In this document: in pieces, positions 25,501 to 36,002 of the stretch
Numbering within the stretch: the first letter of the stretch is position 1
How the letters are laid out: each line of letters opens with the position of its first letter
Assembly (NCBI GenBank): GCA_030390025.1
Contig: CM059432.1
Span: 72,728,001 to 72,792,000, forward strand
Length of the DNA stretch: 64,000 nucleotides
Direction: 5' to 3'
Source of the DNA: Squalus acanthias
Lineage: Eukaryota
Made by a program: the position numbers and the translations under genes
Notes under the pieces: model-generated
Seen by the model: the letters and a program-made list of their open reading frames with translations, nothing else
What the model was told of the DNA's origin: nothing
Databases searched by the model: none

Positions 25501-28500
25501 GACAGCACAGGACATGTTGGCTTCATTTTCAAAAATGGAAAAATCACCTCAATTGTAAAGGACAGCTCAGCAGCCAGAAATGGACTCCTAACAGAACATA
25601 ATATCTGTGAGGTTAATGGGCAGAATGTCATTGGACTGAAGGTGAGAAATGGTGATATTTTAATTGTTGTAAATTAGGCAACCTTGTGGGAAATGCATTT
25701 GGGACTAATGTTCCCTCAAATTTTTTTTTGTGCATTGTATCTTCCAACAGCAGCAGCTGGTGAGCGGCCTGTGCGGGACCTCCCAATTGGTGCACAGCCA
25801 CACAACTTAGGGGAACATTGCTTGGGACCACCTTTTTTTTTCAGAAAGTCATTGTGTTGCAAGATAAACACCTTTTACTTATGTGTGTATATATCTATCT
25901 ATTAATCTCTTTTTAATTAGGATTAACTCCTACTATGTTTCTACAATATTGGTGTGCTTAAACAAGATTCAAGACCTACAGAAATTGAATTGTGTGGCTT
26001 AGTGGTTTGTTTGAATGATGAATTTTTGCACTTTACATAAAGAAAAAAAGACTTGCATTTGTCCCAAAGTGCTTTACAGCCAATTAAGTATTTTTTTTTT
26101 GAAGTGTAGTCACGTTGTAATGTAGGAAATGCGGCAGCCAATTTGCACGCAGCAAGCTCCCACCAACAGCAATGTGATAATGACCAGATAATCTGTTCTT
26201 GTTATGTTGATTGAGGGATGAATATTGACCAGGACACCAGGGATATCTCTTCTGCTCTTCTAAATAGTGCCATGAATCTTTTGCGTCCACCTGAGAGAGC
26301 AGACAGGGCCTTGGTTTAATTTCTCATCCAAAGATGGCAGCTCTCAGCAGTGCAGCACTCCCTCAGCACTGCTCTGGAGTGTCAGCTTAGACTTTTGTGC
26401 TCAAGTCTCTGGAGTGGGACTTGAACCCACAACCTTCTCGCTCGGAGGCAAGAGTGCTACCCACTGAGTTACAGCTGGCATCTTAATGATTGGAGAATTA
26501 TTTTAACCTTTCAGTTACTTTTTTAAATTTTCAATATTTCGGCAATTTTTCTAGCAGTTAAGTCGAAGAGCAGGCTCTTTATAAAAAAAAATTAATTTTG
26601 TCTAAAAATATCTCTGCAGCGATTTCCAAAGAATTTTTCCATACTTCCTCTAATACAAATAATCTGCTTCTCTACAAATGCCGCTCTTGATGAGCTACTG
26701 GGTTCACTGGTCCTTTTTGATTCTTCCTCTCTTTTGGGACATTTAATGACATTCACTAGATCGAACGTGCTCTGTGGTAAATTATGGGTGCAAATCTATC
26801 CTACCACTGTCACAATAGGTGCATTAAAGCAACTGACCCCCACAGTAGGTTATCATCTCTGTCTTCAAACCACAACTGGGAATACAGAGCTGTACATGAG
26901 GGGGGGAAAATTAAAACTGCAAATGCTGGAAATACCAAGGGTCCTTGGTCCTTTTTCAGCATTTTCTGTTTTTATTTGAAGTACATGAGATAACTGAAGT
27001 AATTTATTATGAAGTTGCTAAATGTAATTTTGCTTTTTCTTGATGTCTGAATAGGATACACAAATTGCTGACATTCTGGCAACAGCAGGGAATGCAATAA
27101 CCATTACCATCATGCCTTCCTACATTCATGAACATATGATGAAAAGGTAAATGTTGTTTAAAACATGTTCAGAGGAGCTTTTTGTCTATAGCATAACTGC
27201 TGAATATAGATCCTCCTAAAAATCAGTTATAGTGTACTTCTAGGTGAATACGTTTTAGCACAAGGACTGCAGTGGTTCAAGGACATGACACATCACTACT
27301 GCAGGGTAACTAGATGGGCAATAAATGTGGCCTTGCCAGTGTCACCTACATCCCAAGAACACATTTAAAAACATCTTTTGACAGATCAAAATGTAAACAT
27401 GAAATTCTATAAATACAATTTTGGCTGTTCAAAAACAATTAGATTTTTTAAATGATATGTTTTGACAACCCTTTTAATGTTGTGCTGCAATTACTATATA
27501 TTGTACTATGAATAAATCTCACTTTTAAAAACTGCAGCCTTTGCCCTTAAATAAGACATTACATACAATTTGTTTTATTTGGGAGTATAGTTTCTTTAAC
27601 CATTGGACACTTTTGCAGATTTAACCCCATGATCTGATTATTTTTTTTAGTCCCTAATAACCTTTTTTAAATTCAGTTTTTCACCAACCTAACCAGTACT
27701 CTTATAAAGATTTGATTCTAGGGTTGGCAACACACCAGGATTGCCCTGGAGTCTCCAGGTATTCAAGACTAATCTCCAGAACACTGCTGCGAGCAACCCT
27801 GGAGAAAGGGGCATTTAAAAAAGAAAAAAAGTTTTAAACAATTTTCTTTGAACACTTTCGTTCACTAGTTATAAATAATATTGGACATGGTGGGTGGGGG
27901 GGGGGGGGAAAGTGCGGCTGTTTGATTGACGGTCAAGAATAATCCAGTTGGATAATGAGTCTGTTCACTTTCCGATTAGCGTAGGAAGGCAGTGCACCAC
28001 GAGGACGGACATGTTGGGTGACCAATGCAGCGAGTGTGGGAGTGGGGTGGTTGGAGGCAGGAGGTCATGTGATGAAACTTCCAGGAATAAGTCCAACCAG
28101 GGTTAGCAACCTTACTTGATCCACAGAAAACTGTTTGCATCTTAACAACTGGAATGTGCCCTTTGGCTTTTACACAGTGGATGGTTTGGCTGGAATGTGG
28201 CACATTATTGAGCAAAATATTGTTTGTAAAAGTACCATGTTTAATCACTCCCAGTTGCTTTGTGGGCAAGTGCATCACTTGTGGTATTGAGACACACAGT
28301 CCAAGCAGGTGCTGGTTTCATGCTGTAAGTTTGCTAATGGCAGCTGAGATGGAAGTGTGGGTATAAAGTGTCCCCAGGAAAAGGATTGTTAGCCAATGAT
28401 TGTTAACCAATGAACCTTGTTGGAATTGTACTTTTGATGGCGATTGTTCTTCTCTGGCCCCCACAATTGAAGAGTCTGTTATTGAAAAGGAAAAGTGTCA

Positions 28501-29793
28501 ATGCTGGAAATCTGAAAAATAGATGCTAGAAATACACAGCAGGTCAGTCATCTCTAAAAAGAAGACAGGTTATGATGTTTTAGGTGTGCCCTTCATCAGA
28601 ACTATAATCTACTACTATTGCCCAAACTTGTACTCAAAGAATAACCACTTCAGTGAAGTACCTGGCACTTCTGGAACTGTATCCCCAGAATGGCTCCTTA
28701 ACGCTGGAAAAGGGTAATGAGATGAGAAAATTGAGCTAGGAAAAAGCGTGATTAATTTTAATGTGTAACTAATAATTTGGGATATCCCTGGAGGTAGATT
28801 TAAGAAGTGTTTGTTAAATTGTTAAATTTACTCAAGTGGAAACTTGACATTTCATATCCACACTGACCCATTGCCAAATTTTAGATGCAATTTTCTCCTA
28901 GATTAAATATTTATTATAGCTCCAATATAAAAATATATCATACTCAATTAGCTTGAGTAGAGGTTCACTTATGAATAATAGTGAGTTTGGGAGCTGGAGT
29001 CTTAAGGTTTTAACCACCTTAAATTTTAATACTCTGCTGCTGTACAAGAACAGATATAGCAAAACCACTTTTATTTGTCCTTGTGCCTGATTCTAAAGTA
29101 ATGCAGAAGCTGGTATGGTCTATTGGTTTTACTGAACTACCACAATCTTGGAATTTACTGTTAATCATGTAACAGAATTTATCTTTCTCTGTCCTACTGA
29201 GTACAGATGGCCTGATGTAATTTTTTTTTTACATTTTACATCACAAAAAAATTATATGCAATGGGTTAACTGGGTAATGATGTGGAAGGTGATCAAAATC
29301 ACGAGAGTAGTGGGGTTCTGATGGAATGCAAATTACACTGAATCTGTATGGTAGCATAAAACAGCAAATGGCAGTGATGAAAAATCAGCCAGGCACAGTC
29401 AATTGTATGATCTGATCCAGATGTAAGGGCTTCCTTCTTTAGAGGCGGACCATAGTAGTTCAGCATTGTACTTTGAACACGTACAGGTTGTGCTCATCTT
29501 TCTGATTTGTACACCAAAAAGTAATGCATAAAACTGTAGATAAATATATAAATTGATTATACTTTTATGCATGTTTTAAGTTTTGGATTTAGAATGCAGC
29601 TCTAACCATTTGGGAATACTAATGTGACAAGATTTATAGCTGACAGTCTAAGCCAAATAGCATTCGTGGCTATTCAGCTTCTGTTTGTCATTCTAAACAA
29701 AGCAAGTTGATTTTTGTTCCCCTTTTGTCTTTTTCTAGGATGGCTTCAAGCATCGTTAAGTCCCTTATGGATCACAATATTCCTGAGGTGTAA
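4513..29793 (+). CDS. SDCBP: Syntenin-1 (syndecan-binding protein, tandem PDZ), spliced CDS of 8 exons, 888 nt = 295 aa + stop
   Basis: Exons 4513-4563, 7221-7299, 9740-9840, 10148-10309, 18175-18350, 25470-25641, 27055-27146, 29739-29793. All introns are GT-AG and the phases join into one [20 protein letters not shown]...[17 protein letters not shown], which I recognise as syntenin-1. The non-coding first exon/promoter is not seen in the window. Confidence 0.97.
7221..7299 (+). CDS. SDCBP: SDCBP coding exon 2 ([26 protein letters not shown])
   Basis: tatttttcag acceptor, gtaagt donor, 79 nt, phase 0 to 1. Confidence 0.93.
7739..8463. mobile_element. Non-autonomous Harbinger-type MITE
   Basis: Perfect 16-bp TIR GGCCCAAAAATTAGTG and 3-bp TSD ACT. 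Confidence 0.88.
9740..9840 (+). CDS. SDCBP: SDCBP coding exon 3 ([33 protein letters not shown])
   Basis: ttttcacag acceptor, gtatgt donor, 101 nt; two further LYPxL motifs. Confidence 0.95.
10148..10309 (+). CDS. SDCBP: SDCBP coding exon 4 ([18 protein letters not shown]...[17 protein letters not shown]), start of PDZ1
   Basis: ttaacag acceptor, gtaagt donor, 162 nt. Confidence 0.96.
12956..13691. mobile_element. Non-autonomous Harbinger-type MITE
   Basis: Ends ggccggaatttgcggt / accgcaaaatccgggcc; flanks att / aat. Confidence 0.7.
14146..15570 (-). mobile_element. Second-family LINE fragments (short + piece 14146-14285; internally deleted - copy 14290-15570)
   Basis: [16 protein letters not shown] (APE) and [28 protein letters not shown] (C-terminus). 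Confidence 0.78.
15610..15918 (-). mobile_element. tRNA-derived SINE, third family
   Basis: Head gggaacagtagcatagtggtt...gttcaaattcc; the 3' part matches 16500-16720 and 60230-60430. Confidence 0.7.
17703..17906 (+). mobile_element. Solo Penelope-type terminal-repeat insertion with 15-bp TSD
   Basis: ctgaatattacttgt at 17688-17702 and 17907-17921; the body matches 47040-47228. Confidence 0.85.
17772..17808 (+). ncRNA. Minimal type-I hammerhead ribozyme motif
   Basis: AGTT-CTGATGA-A-AGGTC(atc)GACCT-GAAA-CGTT-AACT: stem I AGTT/AACT, stem II AGGTC/GACCT, palindromic ACGT stem III. Confidence 0.72.
18175..18350 (+). CDS. SDCBP: SDCBP coding exon 5 ([30 protein letters not shown]...), PDZ1
   Basis: ttgcttgcag acceptor, gtaaga donor, 176 nt; matches ORF 18169..18354. 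Confidence 0.97.
18605..19255 (+). mobile_element. CR1 RT fragment (5' half; continues at 23035-23632)
   Basis: ORF 18598..18990 with [29 protein letters not shown]. Confidence 0.85.
19834..20375 (-). mobile_element. Penelope-like element 3' remnant, second family
   Basis: MNGHRATI...LPVGEHFS...[18 protein letters not shown] is the GIY-YIG C-terminus; the downstream terminal segment is shared with 47570-47621. Confidence 0.82.
19885..19917 (-). ncRNA. Minimal hammerhead-like motif in second Penelope family
   Basis: C-CTGACGA-A-GGAGC(gaact)GCTCC-GAAA-GCTT; stem I is not convincing. Confidence 0.55.
20553..21680 (-). mobile_element. CR1 3' fragment
   Basis: ORF 20723..21112 with [29 protein letters not shown] near 21640. 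Confidence 0.85.
21690..23030 (+). mobile_element. Second APE/RT LINE family (CR1/L2 group), internally deleted
   Basis: ORF 22223..23071 with [13 protein letters not shown] and [13 protein letters not shown] tail (LDLVLTN, SDH) upstream. Confidence 0.8.
23035..23632 (+). mobile_element. CR1 3' end (continuation of 18605-19255)
   Basis: [12 protein letters not shown] onward to tail ttctatgttcctatg. Confidence 0.8.
23980..24360 (+). mobile_element. L2 3' fragment
   Basis: tttaaaattctcatcctagtgtttaaatcc ... [16 protein letters not shown] ... tail. Confidence 0.7.
25470..25641 (+). CDS. SDCBP: SDCBP coding exon 6 ([40 protein letters not shown]...), PDZ2
   Basis: tttgcacag acceptor, gtgaga donor, 172 nt. 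Confidence 0.97.
25706..25820. mobile_element. Small MITE; a related left end lies at 49281-49455
   Basis: aatgttccc...gggaacattg inverted ends; internal ctggtgagcggcctg(t/c)gcgggacctc is shared with 49371-49395. Confidence 0.6.
26047..26480 (-). mobile_element. tRNA-derived DeuSINE (SacSINE1-like), near full length with L2-type tail
   Basis: Same family as 3234-3548. Older copies at about 6800-7110 (+), 11920-12360 (+), 25000-25250 (-), 30750-30880 (-). Confidence 0.8.
27055..27146 (+). CDS. SDCBP: SDCBP coding exon 7 ([30 protein letters not shown])
   Basis: tctgaatag acceptor, gtaaat donor, 92 nt. Confidence 0.95.
27719..28114. mobile_element. Non-autonomous hAT (Tip100-like) element
   Basis: Ends tagggttggcaac / gttagcaacctta; 8-bp flanks tttgattc / cttgatcc (6/8). 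Confidence 0.7.
29739..29793 (+). CDS. SDCBP: SDCBP last coding exon ([17 protein letters not shown])
   Basis: ttttctag acceptor, TAA at 29791-29793. Confidence 0.96.
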
Positions 29794-30366
29794 AGTCTCC
29801 TGCCATAAATGCAGTGATTTATGGCAACTTATTAGGCTTTCAGATGGCCTTAGTCTAGTTAAAACAGCAGCTTGGATAGTACCTGGCTTACACATCAAAG
29901 CAGTTTTAAGTGTAATATGGCTATTAACCGTTGCTGCCTGACTGCATACTTACTGTTAAAAATAATATACAAATTATGGGCTGTTTTATTTACTCAGTGC
30001 TATCTGTTTACAAAGCAAAGAAATGGCGCACTAGCATTCTGTACCTGATCATTCCTTTTATACACTTCATTGTTCTATATCCTTTGATTATTTACACATG
30101 GTATGGAGTTTTGATTTGACAGTATTCCGAACCGTTAACTCCAGTAAAATTGTGAATCTTGGGATTTCCATATTCTAGCTAATCGTTAGCTATGTATGTT
30201 CTTGACTGGGATGTCATGTAGTTTTTACTCATTTATTTTTGGTTCTGATTATATTAGTACATTTATTCTGTGTAGCCTGCTAATAAGTTTTGAGACTATC
30301 TTTGTCCTTATACACTGTAAAAATGTCTTGTAAGACATCTGAATGCATTTAATTTGATTACATACA

Positions 30367-30372
30367 AATAAA
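30367..30372 (+). terminator. SDCBP: Probable SDCBP polyadenylation signal (3'UTR about 0.6 kb)
   Basis: AATAAA followed by a T/GT-rich tract (atttattgtttttc) after an AT-rich, repeat-free stretch. Confidence 0.7.
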
Positions 30373-31980
30373 GAATCTCGAACATTTATTGTTTTTCATT
30401 ATTTAAAAAAAAAATTTTTGCTTCACTTCCACTCCCTGCTATCACTCACCATTTTCTTCCATCACGCTGCAAGGTAAAATGTTACCACAATATTTGAAGA
30501 TATACAATTGAAATAATGAGTACTTCCTGCCTTTATGATCCTGTTCCTTTTTTTGGGGGGTTCTTTTTAGTGTGTTGTAATATAACACACAAAATATAAG
30601 TATCCTTAACCACTATTAAAATAGTGTTATGAAAACGTGGAATGCAATATCTCTGAAGGCCAGAGTGGATGAACCAATTGTTTAAAATGGAGGTAGATAC
30701 TTGTCAAATAATGGTATTTGAGGGATACAAAGGAAGGATGTGAAAAAGAACGATTTGCATTTATATAGTGGCTTTCATGACCTTGGGATATTCCAAAGCG
30801 CTTTACAGCCAAAGAAGTCCTTCTGAAGTGTAGTCACTTGTAAAGTAGGAAACACGGCAAATAATTTGCGCACAGTAAACTGCTGCACTGAAGTGCCAGG
30901 CAAGAATACGTGCTCAAGACTTGTACCAAAACCATCTGACCATCAGGTAATTTTTCTTGACTCAAGCAGCATAACTCCTGTGCATTGTGGCCTTCAGCCC
31001 AGGGCAGGACCACCTCTGCAGTTTCCTGTCTTTCCACTCTCAGCCTGACTTTAGGGTCAAATTTTAGTCAAACTGGGGGGCCGAGAGCAGCAGCAATGTG
31101 GTGAGTGGGAGCAGCAGCATGAGAGGGGCAGCCAGTAAAGGAGTGAGTGAAATCTGCAGCCTGACCAGACCTTATGCAGTCCAGGAGGATTCTGGCCATA
31201 GTTTCAGGGTATCAATGGGTTATAGGATTACTACTAGTTACAGATAGGATATGGGGCATTACACCTATTATTACCAGTTACAAATATGTAAGTTATTACA
31301 TTACTGTTGGTTATGAGGGAAATCTGATTTTTATTAGTTATCTGTGCATTTTCAATGAGTTACTATTAGTTATTGGTGGAATCAAAGTTCCTCCCACCTC
31401 TTGTTCCCCGAGACTCGCTCCCTCACCCTTGGTTACCCTTCACCTGCTCGTGGGTGGTCTCTGAACTTCTCGCACAACAGCTGCTGGCGCAATACCACAA
31501 GCACAAATACTCAATTACAGGGGACCCAACCTCTAAGGTAAATGCAGTAACATTTACAGATGTCATGTGATCAGATCTCACATGGTCAAATGGTGTGGTC
31601 AGGATGTCACACAATCAATCCTCCAGGAATGCCTCCAGCCAGAATTGGCAACCCTACTGTTAAGTTCAAATAGAGAGTTGTCCTAGTAGCAAATAGTGTG
31701 AATGATCACCAGAATGTTGAACTATGGTCTTCCAAAGAATTAACTATACTCCTATTTTGGTATCATCTGCAAATTTCAACACCACTCCCTGTAGGCCTAT
31801 ACCCAAATCATTGTTATACACAGTGAATAGAAGTGGCCCCAGAACCCTGTGGAACACCACTACCCATGTCCAACCACTCTGGGGGAAAAACTGTCTTGAA
31901 CTCAGACGGTTTTTACCCTTCCAACAAATTTTTAATCCAGTTTACTATCCTCCCCCCTAATTACATTTTAATTCCTAGTA

Positions 31981-34306
31981 CAGGAAACTCTTTGGTATCC
32001 GGCACCGACGGGACCAGGGTGGTGCCGGTTGAATAAAAATTCCGGATGATGGAGAGGGTTATCTACCGAGGCTATTTTTAACAAACAAAAATAAAAAAAT
32101 AAAGAAATGTGCAGTATACAGTAATTGGGTACTCACCTACAGAATGTTGTTAAATGGATGGTGGAAGATGCTTGATTAAGTACAGTACTGCCAGTTGAGG
32201 GTAATCCATAACTCTTTAATTACTTAACAGTAAAACAAAACTTAAATGACTGTATACAGTACTGTAGTTGACTACACTTATTCCAAGTCAACTGGTTCAT
32301 CAGGAATATCCATGCCAGCTGGGTCATCAGGATCATGCAATTCCACAGATTCTTCAGGCACTTCCGCTGCTTCGACTCTTTTGGAAGCTTTCTTAAACAT
32401 GTCCCGGATGTCTGCTTGCTTAGTGGACTCTTGCCTTTTCTGTAGAAACGTGGAATGCAGAATATGGAGTTGCATAACTTCTTGGGCAGAGTAGCAAGGC
32501 TGCCTTTCAGCAAATTGGAGGATTGAAGAAAATCCTTCTGCAGCTTTAGCCCAAGAAATCTTGTTCTCTTCAGAAATCTCATCCTCTTCACTTTCCATCT
32601 CACTTTCCTTTTCTTTCTTTGGATTCAAAACACACTCAATTATTTCATCATCACTTAGCATATGCACAACAGCAACTTCTCTATCTGCATCAACCCACTG
32701 CTTGATATCACTTTCACTGAGGTGACGTAGAGGGTTTGCTGGGCCTACATTTTTCACCATGCCAGCCATTTCTATTATTGTACTCTTCTTGGGACGAACA
32801 TTGAACCCATGAAATTCCTCCTCCTGAAGAAGAACCTTCAGCAAACATTACAGAAGGCCACAATTTGCGCCAGGCTTGCCTCCGAGTGTGACCTTTCACC
32901 AAGTTCCAGGAACATGCAACATTATAGATGGCATCTTTAATACTGTATTCCTTCTGAAATGCGTGAATATTGTCATCTTGGTTTATCAGTTTACGTAGGA
33001 AGTCTTTCTTGTAATGACAGTACAGATTTTGGATAACGCCCTGGTCCATGGGTTGTATGAGAGAAGTTACATTTGGTGGCAAATAAATGGTGAAAATATT
33101 TCCCGAAACCAACTCGGATTCATGCGGATGGGCTCTACAATTATCAAGCAATAAAATGCATTTGCTATCTTCAGGTTTCCCTATTTTACGGAAATGTTCC
33201 CTCACAGATAAAACAAAAATATGATTGAACCAATAGGAGAAGATTTCCTTATCCATCCAAGCATTTTTTTGATCTTTGTACTCAACAGGTAAGTGCCTCA
33301 CATTTTTAAATGCACGGGGATTTTTATACTTCCCAATAACAAGAAGTTTAACCCGGTGTGATCCAGCAGCGTTCGCACATGTTAGCACGGTTACACGATC
33401 TTTATTTTTCTTGTAACCTGCAGTATTAGCCTCACTAGCCCCAGCAAGCGTTGATTCTGGCAAAAACCTCCAAACCAAGCCAGTTTCATCGGCATTATAT
33501 ATCTGCTGGTGACAAATCATGTTGCTGCACAATCCGATTGAAATAATCGCAGTATTCTTCTGCGGCGTCGTGATCAGCTGATTTCTTCTCCCCGGAAATA
33601 TCGAGTCGTCGTATCCCGTGCCGTAACTTGAAGCATATTAGCCATCCCTCGGAGAAAGCACACTTGTCAGTGAGCTCTATCCTTTCGTAGAAATCCTTCG
33701 CTTTCTCGATTAGCATAGGTCCGGAAAGTGGAACACCCTCTGAACGCTTAAGAGAAAACCACTCATAAAGCACGGTATCCAGCTCTTCAAGCTTAGGCTT
33801 ACGAAGCATGCGCCGTTTCTCTACACTCTTAGATGTCTCCGAGCTTGAATAAAACTTGAGCAGCTTATCCTTCTGCGATTTGATGTCGTAGATTGTTGAC
33901 AAACCAATTTTGAATTCATTCATAATGTTGATACGCTTCTCTCCCCTTTCTAGTCGTTGGCATATCTCGATTTTCTGTTTTAAAGTTAACACCACTCTCT
34001 TCCTTTTGCTTGGACCAGCTTTTGGGAATTCCATAATCCAAGATGGGGGAGATAATTCCCGATAAAGATGGAGAGACACACAGTAAAATGGCGGATCAGA
34101 AGAGACTACTGGCAGCGCGGGAGAATCAGACTCCTGTTATTGTAGTGGCACTTTGGAGAACTACCCCCACTGACTAACTCGGCGTTTGCGGGAGACTCGG
34201 ACTCGGCAACATTGCCGGTTATTGGGGAGGAGTTTTCAGAGTATGAATTTTGCTGGTTAATAGAGAATTCCAGATATTTAGGTGCCGTTTAAACAAGAGT
34301 TTCCTG
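31981..34306 (-). mobile_element. Full-length Tigger/pogo (Tc1/mariner superfamily) DNA transposon, 2326 bp
   Basis: 26-bp TIRs CAGGAAACTCTTTGGTATCCGGCACC / CAGGAAACTCTTGTTTAAACGGCACC (21/26 match), TA on both flanks (31979-80, 34307-08), transposase inside. Confidence 0.93.
32278..34034 (-). pseudogene. Tigger transposase (HTH-psq, CENP-B HTH, DDE_1), two frameshifts
   Basis: Three overlapping ORFs (33495..34079, 32714..33532, 32278..32844). Motifs [37 protein letters not shown]; 32 residues between the last two Asp (DD32D). Shifts near 33505 and 32825. Confidence 0.92.
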
Positions 34307-34359
34307 TAATCTCCGATGTGGTACTGTGTCTAAGGCTTTCCAAAAGACCATGTACAACA

Positions 34360-35610
34360 ATATCAACTTGTATTTATATAGTGCATTTAATGTTTTAAAA
34401 TGTCTCTAGGTGCTTCACAGGAGCGTTATCAAAGAAATTTTGACACCGAGCCACATAATATTCGGGCAGATGGTCATAGAGGTAGGTTTTAAGGAACGTC
34501 GTAAAGGAGGAAAGAGAGGCGGAGAGGTTGAGGGAGGGAATTCCAGAGCTTAGGGCCTTGGCAGCTGAAGGCACGGCCGCCAATGGTGGAGCAATTGAAA
34601 TTGGGGATGCTCAATAGTTCAGAATTGGAGGAATGCAACGATCTCGGAAGGTTGTAGGGCTGGAGGAGATTACAGAGATAGAGAGGATGAAAATGAGGAT
34701 GAGAATTTTAAAATCCAGGTGTTGCTTAACTGGGAGCCAGTGTAGGTCAGCGAGCACAGGGGTGATGGGTGAACGGGAGTTGGTGTGAGTTAGGACACGG
34801 AGCAGCAGAGTTTTGGATTACCTCAAGTTTACGGAGGGTAGAAAGTGGGAGGCCGGCCAGGAGTGCATCGGAATAATAAAGTCTAGAGGTAACAAAGGTA
34901 TGAATGAGGGTTTCTGCAGCAGATGAGCTGAGGCAGGGGTGGAGTCAGGTGATGTTACAGAGATGGAAATAGGCGGTCTTGTGATGGCGCAGATATGTGG
35001 GCGGAAGCTCATCTCGGGGTCAAATATGACACCAAGATTGCGAACAGTCTGGTTCAGCCTCAGACTGTTGCCAAGGAGAGGGATGGAGTCGATGGCTAGG
35101 GAACAGAGTTTGTGGTGGGGACTGAAGACAATGGCTTCGGTCTTCCCAATATTTAATTGGAGGAAATTTCTGCTCATCTAGTACTGGATGTCGGACAAGC
35201 AGTCTGACAATTTAGAGACAGTGTTGGGGTCAACAGAGGTAGTGGTGAGGTAAAGCTAGGTGTCGTTAGCGTACATGTGGACACTGACGCTGTGTTTTTG
35301 GATGTCGCCGAGGGGCAGCATGTAAGTGAGAAATAGGAGGGGGCCAAGGATAGATCATTGGAGGACACCAGAGGCAATGGTGCGGGAGCGGGAAGAGAAG
35401 CCATTGTAGGTGATTTTCTGGCTACGACTGGATAGATAAGAATGGAACCAGGCGAGTGCAGTCCCACCCAACTGGACGATGGTGGAGTGGTGTTGGAGGA
35501 GGATGGTGTGGTCAACCGTGTTAAAGACTTCAGACAGGTTGAGAAGGACGAGGAGGGATAGATTACCACTGTCACAGTCACAGAAGGTGTCATTTGTGAC
35601 TTTGATAAGA
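34360..35610 (-). mobile_element. 5'-truncated L2-clade LINE
   Basis: Same family as 56729-57780 (MSRNFLQLNIGKTEAIVFS); tail caacttgtatttatatag near 34365. Confidence 0.85.
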
Positions 35611-36002
35611 GCTCATAAGGAGGTGCTCTTCCCTTCTTCAGGAAGGAAGAAGCCTCCTCAGTAAACGAAGGCTATGTGGCTCTAGGTGGGCCAGGAGGTG
35701 AATTCTCTGTCTTTGATCCGCAGAACCTGGCTTCAATGCTGCAAAAGATTTCATGACCTTCTGCGCACTGGAAAAGTGAGTATGACTTTCCCATCACCCT
35801 CAATCTGATGCCCTTTGCCTCTCCTCACCAGCACTCAGCTTTAGCAACCTCTTCCTCCACATCCCACTTGACACTGACATCCCTGCACCCTTACCCATTC
35901 CCTCTCTCTCTATAGAAACATAGAAGATAGGAGCAGGAGTAGGCCATTCAGCCCCTCGAGCCTGCTCCGCCATTCAATGAGATCATGGCTGATCATCCAA
36001 AT

